DNA of 64,000 bases from Podospora anserina (Eukaryota), in assembly GCA_017654855.1 (NCBI GenBank), contig CM030337.1:3410001-3474000 (forward strand), given 5' to 3'. The notes under the pieces were generated by a model. It was not told the origin of the DNA and ran no database searches. It saw only the letters and a list, made by a program, of their open reading frames with translations. Shown here in pieces: positions 49,265 through 61,481 of the stretch (its first letter is position 1; each line of letters begins with the position of its first letter). A program made the translations under genes and the position numbers.

Positions 49265-50459
49265 AATAACTTTAGTAAATACATTAATACTTACTTTAGT
49301 CTTTAAGGACCAAGGTTAGTGGGAGGGGGCTGAGAAGCTGTTTGTGAAGGTAATGGAGACTCGCAAGACTAAGCTTGGGGCCGATCACCTAGCTACGCCG
49401 ACGAGCATGGGAAACCTATCGTCGATACTTTGGAACCGGGGCCGGTGGAAGGAAGCCGACAAGCTGTTTGTGCAGGTGATGGAGACGAGCTTTCGCGAGG
49501 GAATACGTTCCAAACACGGTCAGAGATCCGGCTTTCAAGTTGTTCCAAGCTCTAGATGCAGACTCCCGCGTAGCAAACAGTGCTAGGCACTTTTCATCCA
49601 CGCTGCGGGAAATTGAGAACTTGACATCATTGACATCGCAGTTCACTTCTATTGACTTCAATTCTTGAAGAAAGGTCTGTCGGTTTGTCGCCATCATGGC
49701 CGATACCTCTGATCCCGGCGAAATATTTGAGCCCTCCAAGCACCCAGAGCTCGCAGCCGTTGCCCCGATTCGTATCAAACGAGGCGCAGAGAGTCTGCAG
49801 ATCATGGCCGAGGAATAGCAGCAAACGGAGAGCGATGGTCAAGATTGGTATCATTGGATCGCAATTGCTGGTTGGCTGAATCACTGCCACGTGTTAAGGT
49901 CCAGAAAAGGTTCCCGAAGGCAGGGCATATTCAAGGTTCACCAACGGTGTCATTGTCGAGGGATACTGCCCATTCGCCGAGGGGGCAGACGGGTGGCTTA
50001 CGGGCCGTCGCAGACAAACTTGAGCTAAACAGCTGATACCCTCCAACACAGTGATTATGATGAGGCCCATCGATTTGTTGGCTTATCTGTTTCTTACAGC
50101 TTCCTACTTAACCTGTTAGCGTTGAAAATAGCCGGGACGCTGCAGTGACAAACGGACATGAGACACACCGGTGCTGCAAGACACATTCCATGGGTCAGAG
50201 GATTACGACTCCACGTCTCGAGTCGAGGGGGATGCCGTTCATGAATATCCCGGCCGGCCTCTGTGGTAACGGGCTTATAACTGGTGTAATGCCCTTCACT
50301 GGGGATCTCCGACACATCTGTCTTCGTGTTTTATTCAGTCAAGACTTATTTGCGCTTGACAACAGCCCTACGGAGCATTCATCACACGTATGTCAGCCTT
50401 ATCCACCCATCAGAATGATAACCCGTTACTAACATCTATATCTCTTGAGGCCGGGAAAC

Positions 50460-51284
50460 ATGTCGACTTCTGTTCAGAATCCGAACGTCGGGGCAAACCT
50501 ACCGATACCCACGGAGAACACGGGTACCAACAACCCGGATTCTGGCGACCTCATCGACACTGCTACGGCTATGTCCGCCCTCGTGGATATCCTTGATGGC
50601 CAGCCCAACACGCCTCCCTCGCTGTACATCGACCTCGAGGGAGTTTACCTTTCTAGACATGGCACTATATCCATTCTTCAAATCTACGTTCTGCCTCGTC
50701 GCAGGGCCTACCTCATCGACGTCCACATCCTCGGTGAAAAGGCGTTCTCCACCCTCAGTTCAACCACGGGCCGTACCTTCAAGGACATTTTGGAGTCAGA
50801 GACGATCCCTAAGGTCTTCTTCGACGTCCGTAACGACTCAGATGCGCTATTTAGCCACTTCCAGATCCGTCTCGCAGGCGTCCAGGACCTGCAGCTGATG
50901 GAGCTCGCTACGCGCACGTATTCGCGGAGAGTCGTCTGCGGGCTGGCCCGCTGCATTGAGCGCGATGCCTCTCTGAGCACGTCGGTGCGGAGTTCCTGGA
51001 TGACGACCAAGGAGCGAGGCACCAGACTTTTTGCGCCCGAACGTGGGGGCAGTTACCAGGTGTTCAATGAGCGGCCTCTCAATGAGGAAATCAGGCGCTA
51101 CTGTGTTCAGGACGTCCATCTCCTCCCCCGGTTGTGGGCGCACTATTACGGTAAGCTCACGAAGGATTGGGAAAGAAGGGTGCTTGAGGCGTCGCGGGAC
51201 AGAGTGGCGCTGTCTCAGACGCCCGGGTTCAATGGTAAAGGACAGCATATGGCACTGGCACCGGCTGGTTGGTCTTGGATGTAA
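50460..51284 (+). CDS. Stand-alone 3'-5' exonuclease (DnaQ-like, DEDDy)
   Basis: Exo I YIDLEG, Exo II KVFFDVRNDSDAL, Exo III YCVQDV. Intronless ORF. Confidence 0.88.
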   Translation: MSTSVQNPNVGANLPIPTENTGTNNPDSGDLIDTATAMSALVDILDGQPNTPPSLYIDLEGVYLSRHGTISILQIYVLPRRRAYLIDVHILGEKAFSTLSSTTGRTFKDILESETIPKVFFDVRNDSDALFSHFQIRLAGVQDLQLMELATRTYSRRVVCGLARCIERDASLSTSVRSSWMTTKERGTRLFAPERGGSYQVFNERPLNEEIRRYCVQDVHLLPRLWAHYYGKLTKDWERRVLEASRDRVALSQTPGFNGKGQHMALAPAGWSWM

Positions 51285-51548
51285 TCTATTGTGCGGCGCT
51301 GACGCGGAGACGGCACAAGTCGCGGTCAGGCACTGTCAGTGGGACTTGAACGAGCGGAGGGGCGGGCTGTTCCTGTGGCATGGTCACCAGCAGGTCCCTT
51401 AGGTTTCTGGGCCACTGGATATTTTTAGCTTTTTGGAGGTCAAATGAGTTACAAAAGCAAGCCACTCAATATTTGACGGGCAACGTCGCTCCAGCTTAGC
51501 TCTCAAGGAACTTCAAGGTGCCTTTAGGCACGATGCATGGCATGACGT

Positions 51549-51647
51549 GTTGCCTAACTCAAAACGTAGAAGCTGTTTCTGGTTCCAGCAAAGGCACTGC
51601 CTACACAGGCAAAATGATAAAAGCCGTTTCTGGCTTTATCAGAGCTG
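51549..51647. repeat. Second copy of the 36840-36947 segment (two motif units)
   Basis: TTGCCTA..TCAAAACGTAGAAGCTGTTT.TGG.TCCAGCAAAGGCA...TACACA...AAAAT.A.AAAAGCCGTTTCTGGCTTTA is shared in direct orientation. Confidence 0.75.
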
Positions 51648-54600
51648 TGGTTTCCCGGGCGGCGGAGGGCTTTCCCGACGTCAATATGTGGCAGAAACGA
51701 AAGTGTTAATATCACTTCATTATCCAGTCCCATCGTCATGAACGAGACTGGTGCAGACTTGGACACCGTTGTCGACAGTTTGGTCAATACATTGCGCACC
51801 ATTGGGGACAGCATAGACCGAGCAGGCAACAGTTTGATAGCTCTTGCGGAGATGGAGCATAGTGCTCAAGGGAGAGAGAACATGGAGCGGTATTTCAGGT
51901 GCTTCCAGACCTGCGCAACAGGTAACTATTGGTGGTCGTAAGTTGATCTGTCAAAGCATCTACTTGTGAGAAACACACCTACCCGTTTCCCTAGACGTTT
52001 TTGCCGCCGTTACGGCGTCGAGCAGTACCTACAGGCTGACGGATCCCTTGCTGTTCCTTTTAAAATCAGTTCTGCTCCACCATAGGCTCTATCATTCACA
52101 TAGATGGCTATTTTCCCGCTTTAGCAGCATGGTATTTTGGCCTCGATTGTCAGCATTGGGGTGCTATGTTATTTGTCTCCCAAAGGGTATACAACAAAGA
52201 TGGAACAATTGTCTCTTGTACTGGCATATATACACCATTCATCATCTCCTTGGACCAGCATCCTTGCCGCCGAGCCAATTCTGGCTCGCGAATGCCCCAC
52301 TCAACGGGCATGGGCAGGATGTCTTTACCCCTGAGCCTGCACCCAGCGCGGCGTCTGGCTGTGGGAAGGTTGACTGCCATCCTCAGTTTCTCAATCCTCT
52401 CATATAGCGCTTTTTGGCCTACGCCGGGGCGCCATTATCAAAAAGCATCCACTCTCCTCGCTGTGCTCTCTTCCTAGTTCTCCATTCGTACGTCGACCTC
52501 CCCGTCCCTCGGCCGCCATCAGCTAAGCTTTGCTCTGGAGCACCAGCAACTTGACCTTTCCTGTTATCATCTTTTCTTCGGTCCTGCCCTGTCCTACTAC
52601 CTGCCCTCTTACGGCTGCGACGAACTGGGAAATTGGCAGCCATGCTCATCAGAGGAGAGAAGTGGGCTTGCGAGGCGTGTGTGAGGGGCCATCGGGTCAC
52701 CAAGTGCGGCCATTCTGGCGAGTGATTTCTGCCCTCGTTGCATTTCCTTTGGATCCTCTTTGGATGCCCTCCCAGACAGTAGGTTCAAAGGTCCGCGCTC
52801 CGGCCGGAAAGTGGCAACTGCCATGTAGCTTCCTCTGCCCTGCTTTCGCTTTTCCTCGCCTGCTTTTGCTTTCCTCGTCCGCTTTCGCCTCCGTAGAGAG
52901 TCGGCGCGGTGAAGATCAACACTCTGCAGTAAAACCGGCGGCCAGCAACCCCCCAGCATCCTTGACAGAGGAAACCTGCTACATAGTTTCCTCGGGTCTG
53001 TCATCGGCCCATTCCTTTTTGGTGCACAAGATCGAGCCCAGAGAGAAATCATTAGGTCGAGGCTCCACCTCCTGCATTTCCCCAAGATTGTGTTGGTCCA
53101 ACGGTGTTCTCTCGACATGCAAGCCGCGTATAAGAAGACCTGGACAATATAATCCGGATGCTGAAGTTGCGGTCCACAGTCAGCCATTGGCCATTATGAT
53201 GTTCGTTTTGAGAGAGACCTACGCGTGATATTTAGGAACAAAAGCTTTACGCTATAGTATAGTTTTGCATTGCCTTGAGTAAAGTGTAAGACACGCCTGG
53301 CAATGTCTTGCAGCAGATTGGAGTCGTACATCACTAGGCTGCAGGGCCGTATCAGGTTTTGCATCTACCCTCTCGCCGCCAGGCTCCAAGAATAACGACA
53401 GAGGCGGCCGCTCCTACCGCCACAGCTATGTCACCTTCTGATTGCTTAAATATCACGCAGAAGAGTCGGACCATCGTTGCGCTACGCCAATGGCGTCCAC
53501 GTCTTCCAGCAGGAGACAACAGGACGGGAGTTCCACGAGGAGAGCGCCAAGGGAGCAACTCCTTGGAGTGGCCGGAGATGCTGGTCGACCTTAGCCCCAT
53601 GCTCTAGCTCCCGTACAAATCTCGCCGTTATTGTTGGCTGACGAAGGTATAGCCGTAGGCAAGCAGTGGAACTTGGAACAGAACCCCACGCGGACCCTGC
53701 GGTCAAGGGGCGAAGGGTAAACCCTCCGGAGTAAGGATTGGGCCATGTCGAGGATCTGCTTCTTCGCTCCAGGGGGTCCAAATGCGGAGGCGGAGATGCA
53801 CACTTCGACGCTTCTTGTAATCTCATCCAGGTGTAGGGTGGCTGCCGAAATTCCTTGCAGGGCCGGAATCACAAACGGGAAAAGGGCCCGCCCTCTCCCA
53901 ATAAACGACACTCATACTCTGTACGGCAGCGATCATATCCATCCCTCGGCACAACACAAAACACCTATGGCCTCCATCCCTTCGCCCCCCGAAAATCAGC
54001 GACTTCAAGGCTTGAGTGGTAAGGCCATTTATTCAACGAATCTCTATACGGCTAGGGACGGATTACGACCTTCCGGCACGATGGCCCATGGAAAGCAGAG
54101 TGGTGACGAGGGACCTGTCTACCCCGGGAGCTCAGCTACCTAAGGTGTGTTTCGGCACGACGTGTTGGGCCGCCCGAAGGCTAACCCCATTTTGGTTCGG
54201 TAGTAATATACAGGCTCCATCAAGATCGCGGTCGTCAACGACATGCTTGGGGAGATGGATGTTAGCGGAAGGTGAGGCGTGGGGGGTGCACTCGTGAAGG
54301 ATGGATGGGCACTGACGGGAGTAGGAGGGTTTGTATGTAGGATCCGGGCGGCCGGACTTATCTGTCGAGCTCCGGCGTGCCGAACACCATCTGAAGTACG
54401 CATGAATATCTACTCTATTCCGGCAAAATAATTCCACAATGCTCTGGCTTAACCAGCCTTAGGATTACGAAATCTGGTTCTCAGCTTCTCCAAGACTTTC
54501 GCGCGGCTTTTTCACCTCGGATAATGAGTTTCAGTAGATGAGCCTGGCGAGGAGCATTAGTTAATATTCCGACAGAAATATGTATCGAAAATATTTTATA

Positions 54601-54684
54601 CTTAATGTAAAGATTCTATACTCTGTATAGTACGTTGAGATTCTAAATAGGACAGCCCTAGAATAGTCTAAAACGCCGATAGCG

Positions 54685-55136
54685 TGTGACGAACCCCTAT
54701 CCAGAACCTCTGAAAGGGATACTGGTTGAAGGCACTTCTGAACAATCCTGGTTCGGTACAGCTAAACAGTGTACAACAAATGGCTTGTCTCAATCACAAC
54801 AGTCTAAATACCAACGATTGTAACTTGTAATTGCATACTGCGGAACTGTCTATCTACACCAGCCAGTTCCTCCGTATATATAGACCCCGGGACCGTGAGG
54901 TGCTCGCCCTGCTACGGCCCCGATCACCCCTAGCACATTGCATCCAGCAACGTGCTCGTCGTGCTATGCCTCCGATCATCCTTAGCATCTTGCATCCTGC
55001 AGACTGCTCGTGAGCCTTGGCGCCATAGCACTTTTGCCTAACCCTGATTGGTTGTTCCCCGACTTCCTTAATGATTGGCTGGGGACGCCCTGCGCCCCAC
55101 ATGTGGCGTGGCCTGCTGTTGGGTTAACCTGTGACA
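54685..55136 (-). mobile_element. Solo LTR F (same subtype as LTR A, inverted)
   Basis: TGTGAC...TGTGACA termini. Flanks TAGCG/TGGCA may be a TSD altered by transitions. Confidence 0.92.
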
Positions 55137-56024
55137 TGGCAGTATCATCGAACCGCTTTCCTTCCTCGGTCAGCGCAACAATGGCGACAATGCCCGCGCC
55201 CTCCACCGGTTCTACGTTCACCTGGCATACAACCATTGGAACGGTCTCGTGGAGTTGAGTTACAATGATGAGGAGAGCACGGAGCGGTGGCGCACGTTCA
55301 AGGGGCAACAGCAGCGCGCAAAGGAAATATACGAGCGTGTGGTGCCGGGGAGTAAGGGGTATGAAAGGCAGCAGAGATGTGGTCGTTCTGAAGAGCCCAG
55401 TGTAGTATCGACCGACGGGGACGGTGACGGAGGTGATGGCGAGGAAGATGACGAGGATTCTGGTGGCTTCGGCTTCACCCCCGAGATATCAGAGGAGGTG
55501 TTTGAAAAGTCGTTGGAGGATTGGGATAGGGAGTTGAGGGAGGGGAAGGAGCCTCATATCAGCTATTGGCTGGTGCAGGAAAGGATCAACGCGACTGAGG
55601 GGTGATTTTTTTAAGCAGTGAGGACCATGCAGTATTCTTAAGCACGATAGACGCCAGTTTGAGCTTTCTAGCTCATACAGGAACGGCCTAGGTCCATTTG
55701 GGAAAAAACATTGTAATATAAGCTTACTAAGGACTGATGAAGAGAAAATAATAAAACAGGTTGTTTGGGCACGCGTGAGAAAGTCAACACCTCATATATG
55801 CCAGTGGATCATTGCGCCCATCACGGCTGGTCATCAAGGGACTTTAAAGTCCTGAAAGGATAATGCATTTCGTTAGGTACTTATCTAGATAGGAGACCCG
55901 TCTATATCTTCCCAAGCTTGTCTCTTTATCGCAATTCCCCTAGTTCATTCTCCGATATGCCAGTTATGACCCTTTAAAATCACTGCATTATGTTGAGTGC
56001 GGTTCCCACCAGCCGGCTGAATCC

Positions 56025-56919
56025 TCACTTGTAGAGAGCCCCCCAGTCAAAATCCACCGAGTCCATAAACCTCGCTGTCTCTTCATCCCCAAACAAAAGC
56101 CGGCTCAGCCTCGGAGGCAGATATTTCCAGACGCTGGTCTGCAACCCAAAAGAATGCATCTCTCCGTAAAGTTCCCCACAGTACATACCTTGCTGGACCA
56201 TTACCATCAACTTCGCATGTGTTTTGGTCATGGAATTCTTCTTCACATTCCAGTCCTCACGATCATCGTTTAGGCCTTTTTCCAAGTGCGTAAGTTCCCG
56301 CTGGAGCGGTGAATCCTTCGAGGCTATGGTGCAAATTGTGGCCCAAAGAGTTTTCCAGCTCGCGCCCAGGAGGTCGTGAGCCACAAAGTACAAGAATGCG
56401 TAGATGACTGGCGTGACGAAGAAGTGAAAGTGAGTTGTGAGCAGTGGAAAGGACAATGTCCATAATGACATTACCAGTATGTTGTAGCTATGGGCTGGTT
56501 AGTAAAATGTCAAGGTCTGCAACGGTCATCGTCAACTCACAATGCAACACTGACGAGGTGCAGAAGTTCCTTCCTCCAGACGTCATCGAACTCCTCTTGC
56601 TTCTTAGCAACCGCCTTGTCGATTTCAATGAAGAACCTGTTCATGTAGAACTGGATTGAGTCCAGATACTCGAGCAAGCACATCCGCGCCACCTTAAAGT
56701 CGGCAGCTGCGCGTCCAATTAGTCACATCAGAGCTTTACTGCGATATGTGAAGGGCTATTCTTACCGTGGTTTAAACAGAAAGGTATGTCACCACACTGA
56801 CAGTAGCTCGTGTACAATATCTCAGCTTCATACCACTCTGCGCATGCAACCGTTTGGGCCAGTGCTTGCTGGTAACTCAGGACCTCGCTTTTCGCATCCG
56901 CGTAATGTCGGACTAGCAT
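56025..56919 (-). CDS. Hypothetical multi-exon protein, possibly with one TM segment
   Basis: ORFs 56728-56919 and 56025-56471 plus an intermediate open frame. GTAAGA donor near 56765. Gene structure uncertain. Confidence 0.4.
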
Positions 56920-57500
56920 CCCATCTTTTCTCTTCTCGAGTCGCCACCACGGAACGATGAGTGTAGATGCGCCATTTGAATGGCGAGGAGGACCTTTGAG
57001 AGGATGTCTTCCTCTGGTATGAGAGGCGTCGCCCTGGGAGACGAAGTGGGAGTCATTGTGTGTGGTGGGACGGGGAGAGCAAAACCCACCCGACCGATTG
57101 CGTTGTTCTGGGAAGAATTTTCAAAGCGGGAGAATTTATCGCAGCTGAGCTTACTCTGAAGGCTGTTGTCTTATTTGGTGCCTCTGTAGGTCGTGTCTTC
57201 CTCAAAAGGAGCAGATTACGTTTGATGAAGGGTAGCCTGGTAGCTTTCTTCCAGGACTGTTGGCCGCTACAAGGCAGCCTTCTGCCAGTCACGTTAGCAA
57301 TTTCCTACCATCACCATTAACATGAGTTTTAACTGAGAAGAGATCAGCAGCACATCAATTACTTATGAAGCGTCTGCCAGGGCTGATCCCCAGAGCCTGG
57401 AAGCTGAGGCTTCAAGCCAGGTAATTACCTAGTTCATAGTTTACTTCGAGGAGTGATACATGGCAAAAGCCGTCGTCAACACAATGTATCTCATGTCAGG

Positions 57501-58718
57501 CTAGTCTAGGGAAGGGTTTAATCGCTTGACAGGCAACTCGAGCGTGCGATGAAGCCTTGTGGTACTCTCCACAAAGTCCGGCTCATTTTGACCATCCAGA
57601 AGCCCATGCTGGATGATAAAGTTTAGAGCAACCATAGCGTAGCCCGGTTTGACGTGACCTGGATGTCCAGATGATTAACATATGATCTGAGCTTCGAGAG
57701 CAACGTATGATTGCCTTGTAAGATGCTCTCTATGAGTTCTTCCGCATCAAAAAGCTTGAACCACTCCACCTTGTGATCGCATGGCTTAGGTTCAGCCCCA
57801 CCCGGCAGTTCGAGCTCAAACAAGTACTCAACCTGTGGCTAAACAAGACCGACCTCGCCGATAGCAAGGGCATTGTGCAGATGCATATACGTCACATTTC
57901 GCATGACTTGGTTCTGGAGCGCACAAGATCTTCAGGAAGGGTCGCTTCCTCTCCCGCTACAAGGATCGCCACTTCTAGAGGCAGTTGGCCATCGGGTATA
58001 GTCGAGCTAGCTACAGTATTGTCGAGGTGGCCGGGATAGAATGCAGTGGACTGTGAGCGTTTCTTCACCCACAGCTTGATATGACCGTCGTCACTGCAAG
58101 TGAAGGCTGTCCGGTGAATCCCATACGAGACGACACCGAGAAGGGGTGCGGCAGCACGATCGACCTTGAAGGGAAGCTCGCCACTGGACCCATAGATGGG
58201 CTTCAACTCGTTGCACCAGCGTGACAGAATGGCAAGCATCTTCTCGTCGCAGAATTTGTGCAGAGTCTTCTCGACAATGGCTGTCCTCGACGCGGCGTCG
58301 GTGCCATCGACAAGCGCTAAGGTCCTTGGCCTGCTGGGCTCGTCGAGCTTCCGACCTTGGAGACCACGAAAGGCAGAGACAACCGAGGGGATGACAAGCC
58401 TAACAGTTTGATCAGCCGGCGGAATGACAAGATGGTAAAACCTATCGATAGAATCGATATACACCTGGAGACCCCACTGCAGGATGGGGAAACTGGCAAC
58501 CGATCAAGATGTTAGCTATGTCCATATTTCTTGGAAGCAAACACGCACTTGTCACGGGCATTGACAACGTCCAAAAATGTTTTGTACTCTTTCGAAGTGG
58601 GAGTGGTTGACATGGTTGCTCTTGTTACTAAAGAGTATGAGCGGGATAAGAAACGATGGGAGCCAGTGGCAAGACAGGCAGGTTGAACTTTGAGCAATCC
58701 GAGATAGCACCTTGACAT
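57501..58718 (-). pseudogene. Nudix hydrolase (YJR142W / thiamine-pyrophosphokinase-associated type), disrupted
   Basis: RAAAPLLGVVSYGIH..LWVKKRS..YPGHLDNTVA. Frameshift near 57895, in-frame TAG in GLV*PQVEYLFELELP, and degenerate Nudix box (VAGEEATL). Confidence 0.75.
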
Positions 58719-59291
58719 TTGGAGAGAGCGACAGCACGAGGAGATCTACAGGAGAAGGTGCAGAACCAAAAACGGAGCCAGCAGACCCGACGGTCTGCTG
58801 GCGAAGGGAACCAACTACCTGTCACCTAACCACCTGGCACCTGCCCGTCAACACCCACCCCTCGTCACTGCTGTTTGCTTCTCGCCTACCAAACATGTGA
58901 CGGGAAATGGTTGATTCAGATTTCAATGTACCTGCTCAAACTTTTGGGTGGTACCTGCCTAGATATTCAACATGTGACGAAAATTTTGGTGGGAACTATG
59001 CGGTCTGTCAAGTGCGGTTATGCACATGGCGGAGAACAGAGGTGAATATGAGAGATATTTAGGTAGATAGAGAGGCCATGTCTGCCTTAAAAATCCTAGC
59101 CGCCCAATTCCACCTCAACTCAGGCGCCGAGATCCACGCGCCAATATCCATGGGATAAATTGCCCATGTTAGGAGGACCCAGCCTCTATATGCATTGATC
59201 TACGTAATCATGCCTGAATCATGGCTCGTTTGACACGTATGTCAGAAGTCATGTTTAAACTCCAACTCTATAACCAAATGCAAAGCCCCTT

Positions 59292-60011
59292 TCAATAAAC
59301 CTTCCCAGCATCACCCTTCCCCTTCCCCACCACCAACCCCTTACCCTCCCCTCCCTGTCCCAAAGCCTCAACCACATTCCCCAACCACCAAGCATGCACC
59401 CTCACATCCCCCGTCAACTCGGGGTGAAAACTCGTCCCAAAAACATTCCCCTGCCTCACAGCAACAATATCCTCCTCCTCCCCAGGCTTCTTCACCGTCC
59501 CCAAAACCTTGACCCTCCCATCCCCATCAATCACCTCCTCCACCACCGGCGCCCTGATAAAAACCCCCCTAAACGGTCCTTCCCCCTCCCCCAAGAAATC
59601 CAAGTTCAAATCCGCCACAAACGACTGCACCTGCGTCCCGAATTTGTTCCTCAGCACTCTCACGTCCAACCCACCAATGAGTTCCTGCCCGCCTTGCTTC
59701 GTGGCAGAGGCCTCCTCCGCTAGCATTACAAGTCCGGCGCAAGTCCCCCAGACGGGCTTGTTGTTGATTTTGACAAACTCCCTTAGTGGCTCCAAGAGGC
59801 CGAGGCGGCGGGCGACGATGGCCATGGTTGTGGATTCGCCTCCGGGGATGATGAGGGCGTCGCAGAGGGAGAGTTGCTCGGGTGTGCGGACTTCGAGGAA
59901 GTGGAAGGTTACGGATGGGTAGTTTGCCGAGGCGCGGTTGAGGAGGGCGATGTGCTCTACTACGCCGCCTTGGAGGGCTAGGACGCCGACGGTGATGGTT
60001 AATGGTGGCAT
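59292..60011 (-). CDS. PDX2: Pyridoxal 5'-phosphate synthase glutaminase subunit (SNO/PDX2)
   Basis: VGVLALQG, IIPGGESTT, WGTCAGL, FIRAP, SFHPELT. Confidence 0.97.
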   Translation of the reverse strand: MPPLTITVGVLALQGGVVEHIALLNRASANYPSVTFHFLEVRTPEQLSLCDALIIPGGESTTMAIVARRLGLLEPLREFVKINNKPVWGTCAGLVMLAEEASATKQGGQELIGGLDVRVLRNKFGTQVQSFVADLNLDFLGEGEGPFRGVFIRAPVVEEVIDGDGRVKVLGTVKKPGEEEDIVAVRQGNVFGTSFHPELTGDVRVHAWWLGNVVEALGQGGEGKGLVVGKGKGDAGKVY

Positions 60012-61481
60012 TGTGGCTGTGGGTGTGTATAGGGGTAGGGTTGGTGGTGTAGGTGGGTTGGTTGAATGATGAGTCAAAGCGGGCTAGAAATATATGTATG
60101 AGCGGTGGCTTCTAGGTTGTTATAGTATGAAGCTTGGTGGTACACAATAGTTTTGTTGATAAGTCGCCTTGTCAAGTGAGCAGCCAAAGTGGGGTGTGAT
60201 ATCTGTCGAAGGTATCTCCTGGCGGAATACGGAATTCTTAAACGTTCTTGACGAGTCACGATGATTGCTATTTCTGATGGGGCCGCTCATCGCAAGTCAT
60301 CAAGCAGGTACCAGGAGGTAAGGTATATGCAGGTGAGCAAAGTGGTGACATGGTTGCTGGCCGGGTGGCACGGGATATGCCGGATAGGGGCGGCTTATTA
60401 ACCATCTCTTGGTCTCTTGGATCCGACAAGAAAGTACTAAAAAAATCCCTCGCCACCCCAATTGGGAACGACATCGGACACTTTAAACACACACGGTGCA
60501 GGGGGCAGGCAAAAGACTCTTCGAGACTTTTCACCATTGGATGGTGCAAGAGGTAACCTCGCCATCGCCTCAACATCGCCGCGGGTGGTGACAGGGCCGT
60601 GGGGAGGAAATAAAGTTGATACGGTGTGGGAACCCCACGCTTGCCCAGGCCGAGAGCAAAAAAGTTGGAGGGGTAATATCTGCCCCTCGATGACCCCTCG
60701 TTGAAATGTGACTCTTGCCTTTTTTTTTCTTTGTTACGTGGAAAGGGCGCGTGGGCAGTAAGCCACATGTCAAAGGTGCCGGTGTTGTGTTAGTCTCCAG
60801 CCCTTTTAGGGCGTGGGATGTCCAGATTGGATCTCAATTGGCTTCAGATTAGAGAGATATCATCAACAATTTGATGAACCTCGGCCGTATGCTATGGACA
60901 CAAGGCCAAGATAGACAATGCTAGTCGTGGCAGTGTACGGCATCAGGGATCAAGCGAGATATCCCCGTGAGCACAGCTGCTGGCCACCTTCTCTTTGGAA
61001 GCTAGGACGTTATGTAATCCCGAGCTACGTGACTGGTGTGCCGACGCTCCGGGTCCTCTCCGATCCGGAGGCAAGGGTCGTCAACCGCTCACGGCGTGAA
61101 CTGTCCCAGACCCAGAGTTCTCTCAACGCTACAGTAGATCTCACACTGTGTAGAGATCCCGCCCTTCACGCTGCCATGCATGCATACACCTGACGATCGA
61201 GGGGTCAACCACCACGCCTGTCCCCTCACTGACTCACGAATCATCTTCCTTAAAAGATCAAGTCTTTCCCCTTCGAGGCAGCTGTTTCTCGACATCAACA
61301 GCATCGACTTCCTCAACCATCTATCTACCTATCACATTGACCGGCTTGACCTCCACCATCCATCAAAGACTCTTACATAACCAACACTACCAAACCTTAA
61401 AACACTTCTTCTCGCCACTAAAAAAGCCCTCAAAACGCTTTTCCCTATTAATATCAAAACAAATCTCACCCTAAAATCAAA

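Larger units (their letters stand above)
47562..49490 (+). pseudogene. RIP-degenerated TPR-type NLR relic interrupted by LTRs D/E and G
   Basis: Reading across LTR G gives VRKVCEKKLGKEDV..TL..FKDQG*WEGAEKLFVKVMETRKTKLGADHLATPTSMGNLSSILWNRGRWKEADKLFVQVMET, the typical 42-aa fungal NLR TPR. Upstream parts are extremely AT-rich. Confidence 0.75.

Noticed and set aside
46787-55136. Full-length LTR retrotransposon bounded by LTRs B and F
   Set aside because: The 5' halves differ, there is no shared TSD, and no gag/pol lies between them.
35017-55600. Starship/Spok-block-type giant element
   Set aside because: No DUF3435 tyrosine-recombinase captain or Spok-like ORF is recognisable in the window.
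51738-55605. Short ORFs at 51738, 52609, 53591, 54132 and 55249
   Set aside because: Possibly gene fragments, but no domain or coherent exon structure could be established.
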